Shown piece by piece: positions 49,701 through 59,405 of a stretch of DNA of 64,000 nt. The notes beneath the pieces are model-generated. The model searched no databases and was not told the origin of the DNA. It saw nothing but the letters and a program-made list of their open reading frames with translations. Position numbers and translations under genes: made by a program. The stretch covers positions 248,001 to 312,000 of the forward strand of contig JBNJNM010000014.1 in assembly GCA_052426225.1 (NCBI GenBank). The letters are read 5' to 3'. This DNA comes from Zancudomyces culisetae HAW-14-8 (Eukaryota > Fungi > Kickxellomycota). Within the stretch, counting starts at the first letter, position 1, and every line of letters starts with the position of its first letter.

Positions 49701-52644
49701 GTGCCTGCGAAATCGGACCTTTTAACTCTGTCTGTTTCCCATTCGCTCTTCCAAAGCTGCCGTCTCCTTGGTCAACTACCGCTTTTGTAGATATCAAAAG
49801 AGTCTGAACAAATTGATTCTGTATCACAGCCTTCAAGAGTCTCATACTTTTATTGGTATTCAGCATAAAAATTACTTTAATGTTGCTGTAACTCTCACCA
49901 ACCATCGTGTATTTTGGTTCCAACATCCACTGCCATGTTTTTACAGCTATTTCCTGAGCAATATTTGGTGGCTCGATTGGCTTTCTGCTTGGATATGAAT
50001 TTCCTACCAACACACATTCCAGAAATTCAAACATTACATGTTCTTCTTTCTCCAACACCAGATTCTCTGCCATACCCACCTCCCCTCGATTCATCACTTG
50101 CTCTATATACTCCACCATTTCCTCAAGTGGTCTGATGCTTTCTTGGATCAACACCAACCACAACCTACAGTTTGCTCGCCACAGCCTCCACTGTCTACAT
50201 ATCGCCATAACCCCATCGATATCAATCCCACTGGTACCTATTTCCAGCTCAATCTGCATCAAACACTCTTCCAATCTATTCCTGTTTGCTGCATTTGTTG
50301 TGTAGTTTGCAATAAGAGACTTCAATATGTTTGGCGACAATCTAGTCACGTACCCGTTTTCTACATATGGTTCTATCGCCTTAACAAATACACGCCTACC
50401 TATTGCAAACTCCGAAATCTGTTCATACATACTCTCAATCAACATTTGCTGTTGTTGTTGCTGTTCCATAGTATTCGCCTGTGTTACGCTTGCCGATATG
50501 CACGACACCAAAATGGATTCCAGCACCGACTCAATACTTTGTCCTTTGTACACACCGTCCTCTTCTATTATTTCGTGTTTTGTTTTGTTGTATTTTATAA
50601 TTATATAATTTATCGACAACACAGAAAGTTGCTTTAGCTTTAGCCAAACTTGCTCCTGCATTTTGATTTTTGACTCTGTTAATAATCCATTCAAGTTCGC
50701 TCTCATTTCGGTTGTAATTTCCACTCCCCCCTCTTCTCCTCCTCCTCCTTTTTTACTGTCCATTCTATCCCCAAACAAAATACGCTCAATATTTTTTCCG
50801 TATCCCAATGGCAGACCAACTATAACTTGCCCGCTTTCTCCTGTATATATTCCTGCACATACCGCTACTGCCTCCACAAACTCTCCTTGTTCTACCAGCT
50901 CCATTACTCTTCTTTCCCATGTATTCACTCCCAACTGATAAATTCCTCTTTTTGTTAGAATATACACTCGTTTTTGAAACACCACCAGCCCACTACGATA
51001 CACCCCTTCGTATTTCTTTCCTGTCGCCACACTCCCCCACGGCTGCGTCACTACCTCTATTCCTAGTTGCTGTGTTGTTGCAACCTTTGTTTCTATCTCC
51101 TGGTTCACATCAACTGCAATCAGCTCGCCTGCAACTGTTGTCACCAGCAATATCATATTTTCTATCCACACCACCGATCCTATTCCTTCGGAATTTGCTG
51201 CTTTCCACTCCATCACTTTACTTGTTCTTAGTTGATATTTTTGTTCCCCCGAAACTGTCACTTTAGCCTCTGCTATTGCATATACTTCAAGTCTTTCTCC
51301 CGCTGCAACTGCAAGCATAGCTGGTATATTCATTCCAAACTCCTTTACTGGTGGCCGCCAACCCAAACTCCCGCTCATTTCCTCTTTCTCCCATACCCTT
51401 TCATATATTTTAGACATTTTTCCTACTGTCTGTATTATCTGCAACCCTTTATTTGTCAATATTGCTATTATCCCCTTCTTGTCCATTTTGTCTGCGATTG
51501 CTCCAAGTCCTAGTGTCGCCATGTCAAGCATCACCGTTCCCTTTTGCCCCTCAATTATCTTTTTGGTTTTTATCCTTGATACTATCACCGCCCTCCCATC
51601 AATCTGGTGATGAAAAACATCCCCAGTAATATCCCCACTAACTGCCCTATGTCTACTCGCACCAATAAACCCGACTTGTGTCACCGCATTCCCCCTCTTA
51701 TGCCCCGCCTTTCCCACTTCTGCTCCAAACACTGCTATCGGCACTCCCCGTTCCCATGGCCATATTGCAACCACTCCACTAGAGTATCCAACCACAACAT
51801 GCGTCGAATCGCCCGAAAACCCAATACTTGCGACCAGTCCAAAATAATCTGCCTGCCTTCCTAGTACAGCCATAAATTCTCCTTTTCTATTGAATATTAT
51901 TACTTTACCCAAATTTGTTCCTACTGCAATCAGCTCTCCTACCGCAAGACACAGTGGAACTCCCACTCGATACTCAAATTCTCGATGTATAAATATACTG
52001 CTCACCCCCCTCAGCCTTCTATACCATACCAACTCTGTAACATGTTCGTTATCCGGAATTCCCTGTCTTGCTGTCAGATTTATATCCTCTTCTCCGTCCA
52101 AAATATCCTGCTCTATCTCTTCCGGTTCCTCTGACTCTGGCTCTGACTCTGACTCTTGTTCGTGTTCTTGTTCTTCTTGTTGTATTATACCTATTTTAGG
52201 ACTGGTGTACTGATCTGCAAACCTCACTCTTTTAACTACTTTTGCCTTTTGTTTTATATCACTATCGGGTGTACTTTTATACCCAGTATCGCGTGTGAAT
52301 TCCTCAACATTGTGTTCTCGTTCTTTCCCATTTCCTCTCGCGCCTTCATGTCGATTCCCAACACCAACACTACCAACACCATTTTCGGTTGTAGCTACAG
52401 TGTTATTTTCATGTATTGTACCATTCTGTGTTACCGTGCGGTAAAATTCCTCGCTTTCCTCCTCAGAACTACTTTCTAGTTCTGAATCGTCATTAGCCTC
52501 CATAATAAACCTTTGGAATGCATCGAATTCTGGCGTATTTTCGCTACTTCCACTCATCGCATTTTCCCACACCTCGACTCCCTCGCTAAGTGGATCATTT
52601 ACATTCCATCCTCTATACTCTCCCTGTCTACCTCCTTGATCCAT
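46789..52644 (-). CDS. VPS8: CORVET subunit Vps8
   Basis: Acidic N-terminus, WD40-like propeller (IAVGTNLGKVIIF, VVVGYSSGVVAIW), Vps8-type region (TWERRVMELVEQGEFVEAV, FVKAIEPYV...LSPNIL, RLEECL), alpha-solenoid and C-terminal RING-H2 (CEIC...FACKHGYHRQC...CPLC). Confidence 0.85.
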   Translation of the reverse strand: MDQGGRQGEYRGWNVNDPLSEGVEVWENAMSGSSENTPEFDAFQRFIMEANDDSELESSSEEESEEFYRTVTQNGTIHENNTVATTENGVGSVGVGNRHEGARGNGKEREHNVEEFTRDTGYKSTPDSDIKQKAKVVKRVRFADQYTSPKIGIIQQEEQEHEQESESEPESEEPEEIEQDILDGEEDINLTARQGIPDNEHVTELVWYRRLRGVSSIFIHREFEYRVGVPLCLAVGELIAVGTNLGKVIIFNRKGEFMAVLGRQADYFGLVASIGFSGDSTHVVVGYSSGVVAIWPWERGVPIAVFGAEVGKAGHKRGNAVTQVGFIGASRHRAVSGDITGDVFHHQIDGRAVIVSRIKTKKIIEGQKGTVMLDMATLGLGAIADKMDKKGIIAILTNKGLQIIQTVGKMSKIYERVWEKEEMSGSLGWRPPVKEFGMNIPAMLAVAAGERLEVYAIAEAKVTVSGEQKYQLRTSKVMEWKAANSEGIGSVVWIENMILLVTTVAGELIAVDVNQEIETKVATTQQLGIEVVTQPWGSVATGKKYEGVYRSGLVVFQKRVYILTKRGIYQLGVNTWERRVMELVEQGEFVEAVAVCAGIYTGESGQVIVGLPLGYGKNIERILFGDRMDSKKGGGGEEGGVEITTEMRANLNGLLTESKIKMQEQVWLKLKQLSVLSINYIIIKYNKTKHEIIEEDGVYKGQSIESVLESILVSCISASVTQANTMEQQQQQQMLIESMYEQISEFAIGRRVFVKAIEPYVENGYVTRLSPNILKSLIANYTTNAANRNRLEECLMQIELEIGTSGIDIDGVMAICRQWRLWRANCRLWLVLIQESIRPLEEMVEYIEQVMNRGEVGMAENLVLEKEEHVMFEFLECVLVGNSYPSRKPIEPPNIAQEIAVKTWQWMLEPKYTMVGESYSNIKVIFMLNTNKSMRLLKAVIQNQFVQTLLISTKAVVDQGDGSFGRANGKQTELKGPISQALANVLFWFISSYNSGKAGLLNSNFGRESMGLIGCLAAEIYILDYPLVYYSEEALLEIVKTIVKCKTNKTHIESEMAIQLLVGKVSVDALDEIVEFIQVNMFYRVVEMIALLKHDDIGAIKSYIDDVLTMRMDMQLANLVWDDGDSDGVSGRLTDYMYERRAQVFGLVRDLVNKRRQQQKQNKMKAQEQEQEQEQYDVEIRTVGYEELDNYVLDNSRSFIIIDPIKYVCLVDEQVMSFGHFEVLARITNTKNVERNRGNSELNDEYLELIYLMTMLFPNYSTRFVRRFRNKNKGYFKYQKFLEYLDNKYFYDATMEEKANKQQRKVRFTSSLNHLDQVETNDHEFTNDNNGTSNNRNQSDEPFKINIANVLNKCGEQQTQEMVYRLISLVCKHLPELVIDCLVNIYSFVGLDSGKQEKKDEHGQLRIYYNVIKDILRISGNYEGLIWLYAVHKKYMEAMEVFKNKYLIVVESDSSKLRIMDKSLLFAGINLVKHASDNYLGSATKDTKDRGKDKDKDKHSQDDALDKVKELWVELLVTYLEYYYKHCNATRRKNQAEKNVQEHELEKEQEQEREIKEYIGVILDSLIQYSMQNKNTEFLLRDIIRLVEEKITSHSIPDISEFSEISETWVSSSSTMNKGMDGNASINITGNMATLELAKQSIRLYNSKYDMFEFISNMLNADLFNEVSRYTTRVKKGWNVSCNNKYGFGNDEKKTFKWIQILGKDMQDKLRGKEVGFNGNNNETFGDGVQSVARGIEGSYYGCEICGNELFCDGRRIKEKNRFEKMYEIEEKYSVVGMDLLSLLSLPLPLSLSSTSTSTSTSTSTSGLLLGSGNIRPNGGGGIRGRGRDRINEVVRLSEYVMQSEQNKRWEVEQLYKSNECDGEKDQASDNGIVTNGGKNEIKNNKSVGDKNKGIVKQVHKKSNVGGGNERNVMMFACKHGYHRQCLADLIVLQNQGIIVKLKDLVCPLCS

Positions 52645-53238
52645 TGTCCCAAAACTTTATTGTTATAATTCACTTTTGGCTTGCACACTTTTTTTCTTGG
52701 TTGGTATATATGCTTTGATATCTTTATCTACAACATTCTAATGTGTTTTTATTTTAAATGTCAACGTTTAATGTATAGAATGCTAATCAACTCAATTCTC
52801 AATTACAACATGCGTCCTTGCTGCTCCAATCTAACCAAATTCGCTGTTTTTGCTAGTGTCCTAGTCTCAGTTTTGAGGAATGTATCTTTTTTCACGTTTA
52901 TTGTTTTATTGCCTGTGTTTAAATTAAAGTTAGCTGGTTGGCCCAACAACCAATTTGTGTTATGTAATCCCAAGCCAAGTACATTTTTGTCTTTGGATAA
53001 AACATCAATCCAGATTTTCTGTTGGAAATACCCTCAACAGCTTTAACTGCACTTAGTGATACCTGTCTGCTTCAACCCCAGCAAACACAAAAGCATTTCA
53101 ACTGATGGCCAGTTGCACTATATCGCAAAGATATAATACTTACTCTACAGAATTATTAGAAAATCTTTACTATTCAGCCATATTTTTCAATTCATTACCA
53201 CGTTTATTTACGAAATTCTCAACTATTATAAAGTAAAA

Positions 53239-54599
53239 CTAAATTGAAAGTGCGGTTCCTATTTTGACTTTTGCAGAAAAGAGTATCAAGCTGAGTATCG
53301 ATGCCTCAAGCGACTTGTTGTATACTTTTTCTTTAAAACTCAACGTACCCAAATGGACTTTTGCCAAATCTCGTAACGAGATTTTCCCTCTTTCTTTTCT
53401 GTGTTTTGGAAAGAGTGTTCCCACTTCGATCACCCTTTTATGAGTAATTCTCAGAAATCGCAATGTGTTTGCCAATTCAAACCCTACTAATACCGTCTCA
53501 TCATCAAACAAAGCTAGCACCTTCCTTTGCATTTCTTTTGCCGTGTGTTTTGCGTGCTTGACACTTTCTAGCTCCGAAAACTTGAAGTTCGTATGTATAA
53601 CTTCCCCAACCGGAATTACAAGTTCGTTTAAGAGCAACTTTCCTGTAATATCCATTACAGTTACTCTACTGACACTTTTTCCAATAAGATTATAAACGGT
53701 TTCTGTGTTAATTATCAATATCCTGTTTACTCTGTTAACCTTGCTCTTTTCTGTCTGTTTAAACATAAACAGAGCATTATTAATACAATCGTTATTTACA
53801 ACAAACACATGTGGACCCATTGTACAAGGCTCTCCCCCCTTTTCTCTTTCGCAGCACTTGTATACAACACCATTTTGTACACCATACTTTGATCGGCTAC
53901 CCTTGAGTTTGGTTTTTGTTTCGAGTCTCCCACTATGATAGTGGCATTCCGTTTTGTGTTCAGAGTTGCTTTCAGGATTTTTAACCTTAAACTTTTTGTT
54001 GCAGGAAAGACATTTGGCTGTCATTCCTATGAGCGAGATACTATCCATGTACGCAAGATTTCGCTTATCTCTGTTTGCGTTAACTTTTCTAGAGCTGTTG
54101 AAACTGCAAAGGCCGGCAATTATCTCTTTTTTTGTAATCTCATCTCGTTCTTGGTGCAGGTTCGGTTCTATAAACATTGGGAAGTCCATCCTCGTAGCCA
54201 CTTTTTCTGATAAAATCAGAGACTCAATAAACTTTATTTCCTTATCGTTCTGCTGATCAATCTGGAAGACATTCAATGAAATATCTGAGGTTTCCAAAAC
54301 ACCATTATTACTGGTTGAATAACCCTCCAAAGTTTGCTCATTGTCGTCATATCCGCCATGGATCCGGGTGGTACTTGACAACTGTCTTGCGTGATTTGTT
54401 TGGTTTTGCACAAGTGTTTCTGGAACATCCATCTTGCTTGGTTTCAAAGCCTGAATCACTGTCTGCTCATGGACCTTAGGCTTTGAGCATCCTATTTGAT
54501 TACATATTTTAAAGGTTTTAGATATAAAGTAACATAGTAAAATTTACTCATAAAGTATTAACTACCTCGTATATTTCTTTTTGTCCCAGTAGTATTCAT
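53239..54599 (-). CDS. REXO1/Rex3-like DEDDh exonuclease-fold protein with degenerate catalytic motifs; probable exons 54599-54566 and 54491-53239 (5' end uncertain)
   Basis: Family motif ECHYHSG...YKCC...GEPCTMGPHVF followed by the nuclease fold (SRVTVMD..GKLLLNELV.P...I.TNFKFS, ETVLVGFEL, SLRDLAKVHL). A GTAGTT..TAG intron links an upstream ATG in frame. Confidence 0.8.
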
Positions 54600-55450
54600 C
54601 CTTCTAATGTATAGGTAGAGTAAGGCGACAAGAGATATTTCTTTTTTTGTCGGGTTATTTGTATTCCTAGTTGTGAACTGAATGATTCTTGGTGAGTTTT
54701 GGGATGGCCAAAGATATCCTAGTATTTATATAGAATTGGTGAGTAACATTTTTTTTCGTTCTAAATCCTACTCACGACTGTTGATAATAATAGCCAAGCT
54801 GCCTTTAACAATTGTATAATCTAGAATATATGCTGGTGTATTTACTTACACCTATGCACATATCTGTTAAGGCTGTATCCAGACTGAAGACAATATAATT
54901 TTATTAACGGTATATTGCAAAGATTAATTAGACCCAGCTTAACAGAACAATACAATAATTAAGCACAAGTTGAATGTACCAGTTTTACCTATCATTTGGG
55001 CCATATTTCGGTATTTTTCTGAGTATTGCTGGTTAGATTTTACCATGAAATATTACATTGAACATTCTCACTAACAATTAGGCAGTTGTCTAAAAAAAAT
55101 ATGTTTGATCAGACAATGGTAGCATTAAATAAAATTAATCATGCATACACTAAAGTCAAAGTACCATAATATATAATTGTAATCAAAAAAACAAAAATCG
55201 TCAAAATATAAATGACAATTGAACAATTCAATTAAATCATCAATTTCTGAACCATCCCCAACTAATGAAAATAAAAGTATTTTAGGTATTATTAGTATAA
55301 TAATTAAAGCCAACATACAGAGTTAAACCTGAACGCTTCTAAATCCACAACAACTAACCCAAAATCAAGAAAAACCAAATCAAAAACAAAACTAAACTGC
55401 TCAATATATACATTACAAACAGATACATACAAAACGCTTAACAAAAAAAT

Positions 55451-55522
55451 TCTCGGATAGTATAGTGGTCAGTATCCCAGTCTGTCACATTGGAGACCCG
55501 GGTTCAATTCCCGGTCCGAGAG
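55451..55522 (+). tRNA. tRNA-Asp(GTC), copy B
   Basis: Same cloverleaf as 2755-2826. Confidence 0.97.
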
Positions 55523-55531
55523 TTCTAATAT

Positions 55532-55603
55532 TCCGATATGGTCCAGTGGCTAGGATTTCTCGCTTTCACCGAGACGGCCAGGGTTCGATTCCCCGTATCG
55601 GAG
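55532..55603 (+). tRNA. tRNA-Glu(TTC), copy B (A-C mismatch in T stem)
   Basis: Same as 2674-2745 except T arm CAGGG-TTCGATT-CCCCG. Confidence 0.93.
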
Positions 55604-55607
55604 ATCT

Positions 55608-55622
55608 CTTTTTTACTTTTTT
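55608..55622 (+). terminator. Pol III oligo-T terminator after the tRNA-Asp/Glu pair
   Basis: TTTTTTTACTTTTTT directly 3' of tRNA-Glu; no T4 run between the two tRNAs. Confidence 0.75.
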
Positions 55623-57002
55623 CTGGTTTTTTTCCTCATCTTTTTTAAATGGATGAGCTTGTCTTTTTTTCCTTGAGTGTTTTGGCACCTGTTTTGGTTA
55701 TGATTGATAAGCGTATGGTGCCTTTGAATTGCTTGTTTAACAATACTTTGTTTTAAACCTGCTTCAGATCAATATTTTGAGTTGATTGTATTTACATAGA
55801 TTGGAAGGGTATTTTGATGTAGATCAACTTTGTTAATACCAGATTGCTAGGGACATTAGATGTATGAAAATCCATCTAGCTTCATTCAAATACAGGATAT
55901 ATATAATGAATACCAACATTTCAAGATGGAAGGTGGTCATGTGTTTTCAGTCTTGCCAACTATCTGAAAATAGGTATACTTATCATTTATATCCACATAT
56001 ATGTTCATTCAAATGAGTATATGGCCATTTCTACTTTTTCACTATTATTTCACCTTATATTATATACCATTGATATTTTTATTAGCGAGTTGATTCTGAC
56101 AAAATTTCACTAAAAAAATTTTTTTAGGAGAAAAAACGCTCGATAGTTAAAGATTGATTTTAGTGGTTAAAAAAACCAAAAACTTCATACTGATTCTTCA
56201 ACGCAAAAAAAAACGAGTAAAAAGGAAATAAAATATGGACAAAGGAGAAAAGGGCGAGGTGGAAGAGTCGAAAGGTAAAACCAGAAATCTTTTTTTTTCT
56301 TTATTAAAGACTGCTGTTGCGGTTTATTGCTTTGTAAGGCAGATTTAATTGAATTCGTGAGTGGGATGGGTACCAACCTGTGGGAATCGAATAGCTGGAT
56401 TTTTCAATTGGCTAATTCATAACCCCAGGTTGGTAGTATGGCTGCCTGGTATTAATCCATTTCTTACTGTTTTACTTTATGTTTTGTTATATGATGGCTA
56501 AGGACTTTTATGATCATGAGACTAAATGAACAAAAAAGATATTTCCTTTTTTCTTCTTTTTATGTCTAACAAACTGTGAGCAGCCAATAACTCACTTTTA
56601 TCACATACTTCTTGTGTGGCCCATGTATGGCTTTTCATATACTTGGACTAATATTCCATGAAACACAGATATACTAGATACGTTGAAAAATGGGTTATAC
56701 ACCCATTTTTTGTGTTTTTGTTAATTCCTTTCAAGCTATATTGAAATCAACTCTAATAATCTATTTTCGGTTCAGGCTACTTTGTGGATCTGTTAATGTT
56801 TTGTAATACTATGTGAGTAGGATGCCATCTGATACTCAACAACACGCCATCCAGGATAGCCGATAACGAGGTACGGACAACCAAGAAGCCAGTAAAGGTC
56901 AAAAGGATAAAAATCAAGTTCAGAAGTAAACAGGGCTTTGAAGAAAGAGATCAAGAAAATCTAGGAAACTCAATCGAGCCCAGTTCTCTTGATCAAACCA
57001 GT

Positions 57003-58487
57003 ATGGCAGTAACTGAAAAGAGTAGTGGGATAAAAATAAAAATAAACCTATCAGCAGTAAAGAGGCTATATCCTGAGTTTTCCTTGAGCAAAAATATCAG
57101 GGAAAGCTACAATAAACTCACAAACTCTATTCCTGCCACAAGGAAACGTATGGATGTAAACCAAAATGGATATGCTCCACGTGGTAAGAGACTGAAACTA
57201 ACATACGAAGCTCCGAAGAACCGAGAAGAATGTGTAGAGAAATCGCGGGATATTAATAAAGCAATGCTGAAGATTCTGCGAAAGCTCAATAAGAAGGATG
57301 AATATACGATGTTTCAAACGCCTATGAGCCCTAAACAAACTCAACACCACCCAAAGATCAGCAAAAACCCTATCAGTTTAGAAATAATGAAAAAAAGGGT
57401 TGAGAGGGGGAAATACAAGCAGATCGAGCAGTTTAAGGCAGATTTTGTGTTAATGTGTAAAAACTCAAAAAGACAGAGCCACCCTAATCGTAAATATTAC
57501 GAACACATACAAAGAATGTTGGAGTTTGGGCGCAAACTGATAAAAAAGGAAGTAGAAAAGCAAAAACTATGGGTGTTGGACAATGATCACACGACTGAGC
57601 CTATTGACGTGCTGAAGAATGAAGTCCTGGTTGCTGATACGCCTCATGTCAACAAGATTTATAAAGATTATTCATTTACAGAGCATAGTAAACAAAAAGC
57701 ATCAATTTCAAGCAAGAAAGTGGCAGATGGGCCAAGTACCAAACCCACAGTGCTACCAGATGGATCTTTGGATCCTTCATCTATAGATTTTCCCTCCAAA
57801 CACCCAAACCACTATATGTACAACAACTTTTTTGTGGATCCACTCTCAAAGTTCTATAATAGCAAACACGATTCTAACCGAAATAATACAACCACACCTC
57901 ATATTGATCTGGGTCCTAAACACAGCTCTACACTTTCAAATCCCCTACTATCAATTGTTGGTGATGATTTGGGGCTTCAATACCTTATTTCGCTTAGATA
58001 TTTTCTAGGCAACTCTGGTGATGCTCTCCCGCCCATTCTGGATACCTTTTTTTCAAAGAAGTCAAACGAACTATCAAAGGGTGCGTTTGAATTTGTTTCT
58101 GCTGCTTTGGACTGCCTCAACCCCACATCATCACCAACTTCACGATCCACTCCACGGAAAAAAGTCGATTTTCCCGAGTTTGGTGTTTCCGATCTATCAG
58201 CACTGGTATCTCCTGAACACACTCAGCAACCATTTCAGTCACCATCCTCAAACCACTCGTCACACTCGCAAGTATGTTCAACTGATTCAGAACTAACAGA
58301 GTTTCTGTCTTCCTGCAACCATGCACATCCCTCTACACCAACGTTTGCACCTCGCTGTATTATCGAGGATGTCCCTCGTACTTTGTCATCAATCTCTGAG
58401 CTATTGACTCAATTCTCCACCTCTGGCGATCCTGATTACAAGGGGTTAGAGGTTCAGTTAGCCAAATTGGCGTGTCATCTTTTGTGA
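57003..58487 (+). CDS. BRD7/BRD9-like bromodomain protein, copy B (degenerate acetyl-lysine pocket)
   Basis: Bromodomain-like KILRKLNKKDEYTMFQTP...KNPISLEIMKKRVERGKYKQIEQFKADFVLMCKN; later GDDLGLQYLISLRYF resembles the BRD7/9 C-terminal motif. The frame is open upstream to 56817 with a TAG acceptor at 56818-56820, so a 5' exon is likely. Confidence 0.78.
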   Translation: MAVTEKSSGIKIKINLSAVKRLYPEFSLSKNIRESYNKLTNSIPATRKRMDVNQNGYAPRGKRLKLTYEAPKNREECVEKSRDINKAMLKILRKLNKKDEYTMFQTPMSPKQTQHHPKISKNPISLEIMKKRVERGKYKQIEQFKADFVLMCKNSKRQSHPNRKYYEHIQRMLEFGRKLIKKEVEKQKLWVLDNDHTTEPIDVLKNEVLVADTPHVNKIYKDYSFTEHSKQKASISSKKVADGPSTKPTVLPDGSLDPSSIDFPSKHPNHYMYNNFFVDPLSKFYNSKHDSNRNNTTTPHIDLGPKHSSTLSNPLLSIVGDDLGLQYLISLRYFLGNSGDALPPILDTFFSKKSNELSKGAFEFVSAALDCLNPTSSPTSRSTPRKKVDFPEFGVSDLSALVSPEHTQQPFQSPSSNHSSHSQVCSTDSELTEFLSSCNHAHPSTPTFAPRCIIEDVPRTLSSISELLTQFSTSGDPDYKGLEVQLAKLACHLL

Positions 58488-59405
58488 TGATTTTTTATTT
58501 TTACCCATTTTGTGTTTCAATCTTTGCATTTTTGAGGATGTTAGTAAACAAGCCTGCATTTAAGAGCATGGTATTTATTTTGTATTGTATAGAGTTCATT
58601 ATTGTAAGGCTAGTTTGAATACTGCATGCTGTTAATAATATAGAAAAGCGTCAATCCAACAAAGATGTGCTTCCAGTTTTGATTTGTAGTGAAATTGATG
58701 CGACATGGCTGTTGTTGGTATCAAACAATAAGAAAAACAGAGTACAACCCTAAAATTTAACAATAGCACAGTATGTAGACACTAGTTAAATATTTTGCAA
58801 TACTATTCCCCAAGAATTCTATTACTGTGGATAGTCAACTCAAATGTGTATTATTCATCAGCGTATTCTTAGACTCCGCTATCCTTGTCATCACACTAAA
58901 ATATAAACACCTTTTTATTTTCCACAAATAATTGAGCCAAACTGGGTATAGTAATTTATCAGCTTGCACAAAATAGGTAAAAAATGCACATTTTGTTTGC
59001 AAGTACCACTTTAGGCTTTAATTCAATTTAAAGCTTTGAAAATATATCAACAGTTAATCTTCTGACCAATTTACTTTTTTATGAATAAAGAATATTTTTA
59101 ATAAAAACCAGACCTTTAAATTAATTATTAGTTAATTCACCCCCACCCATTTTCGTGCTCATAATATACTCTTGTGCTCTGGTATGTACATTTACCAATA
59201 TTCCGATAGTTTTCAGTAATTCATTATACTTTTGACATACCAATATGTTTTGATATATAACCCCTTAGCTTCCTTCCCAATTTAAAAACCAACCTTATAC
59301 ATTTTTTAAACTTAACAATAAGCTATTTATATTGTATATATTAAAACCTCGTGTTCATCTCAACTACAATATCTCAAAATTCGCGCAAGTTTTTTTATAG
59401 TTGCA

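Larger units (their letters stand above)
55229..58272 (+). repeat. Right arm of inverted segmental duplication (partner 1-3047; probably extends beyond 58272)
   Basis: Near-identical reverse complement of 1-3047. Confidence 0.97.
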
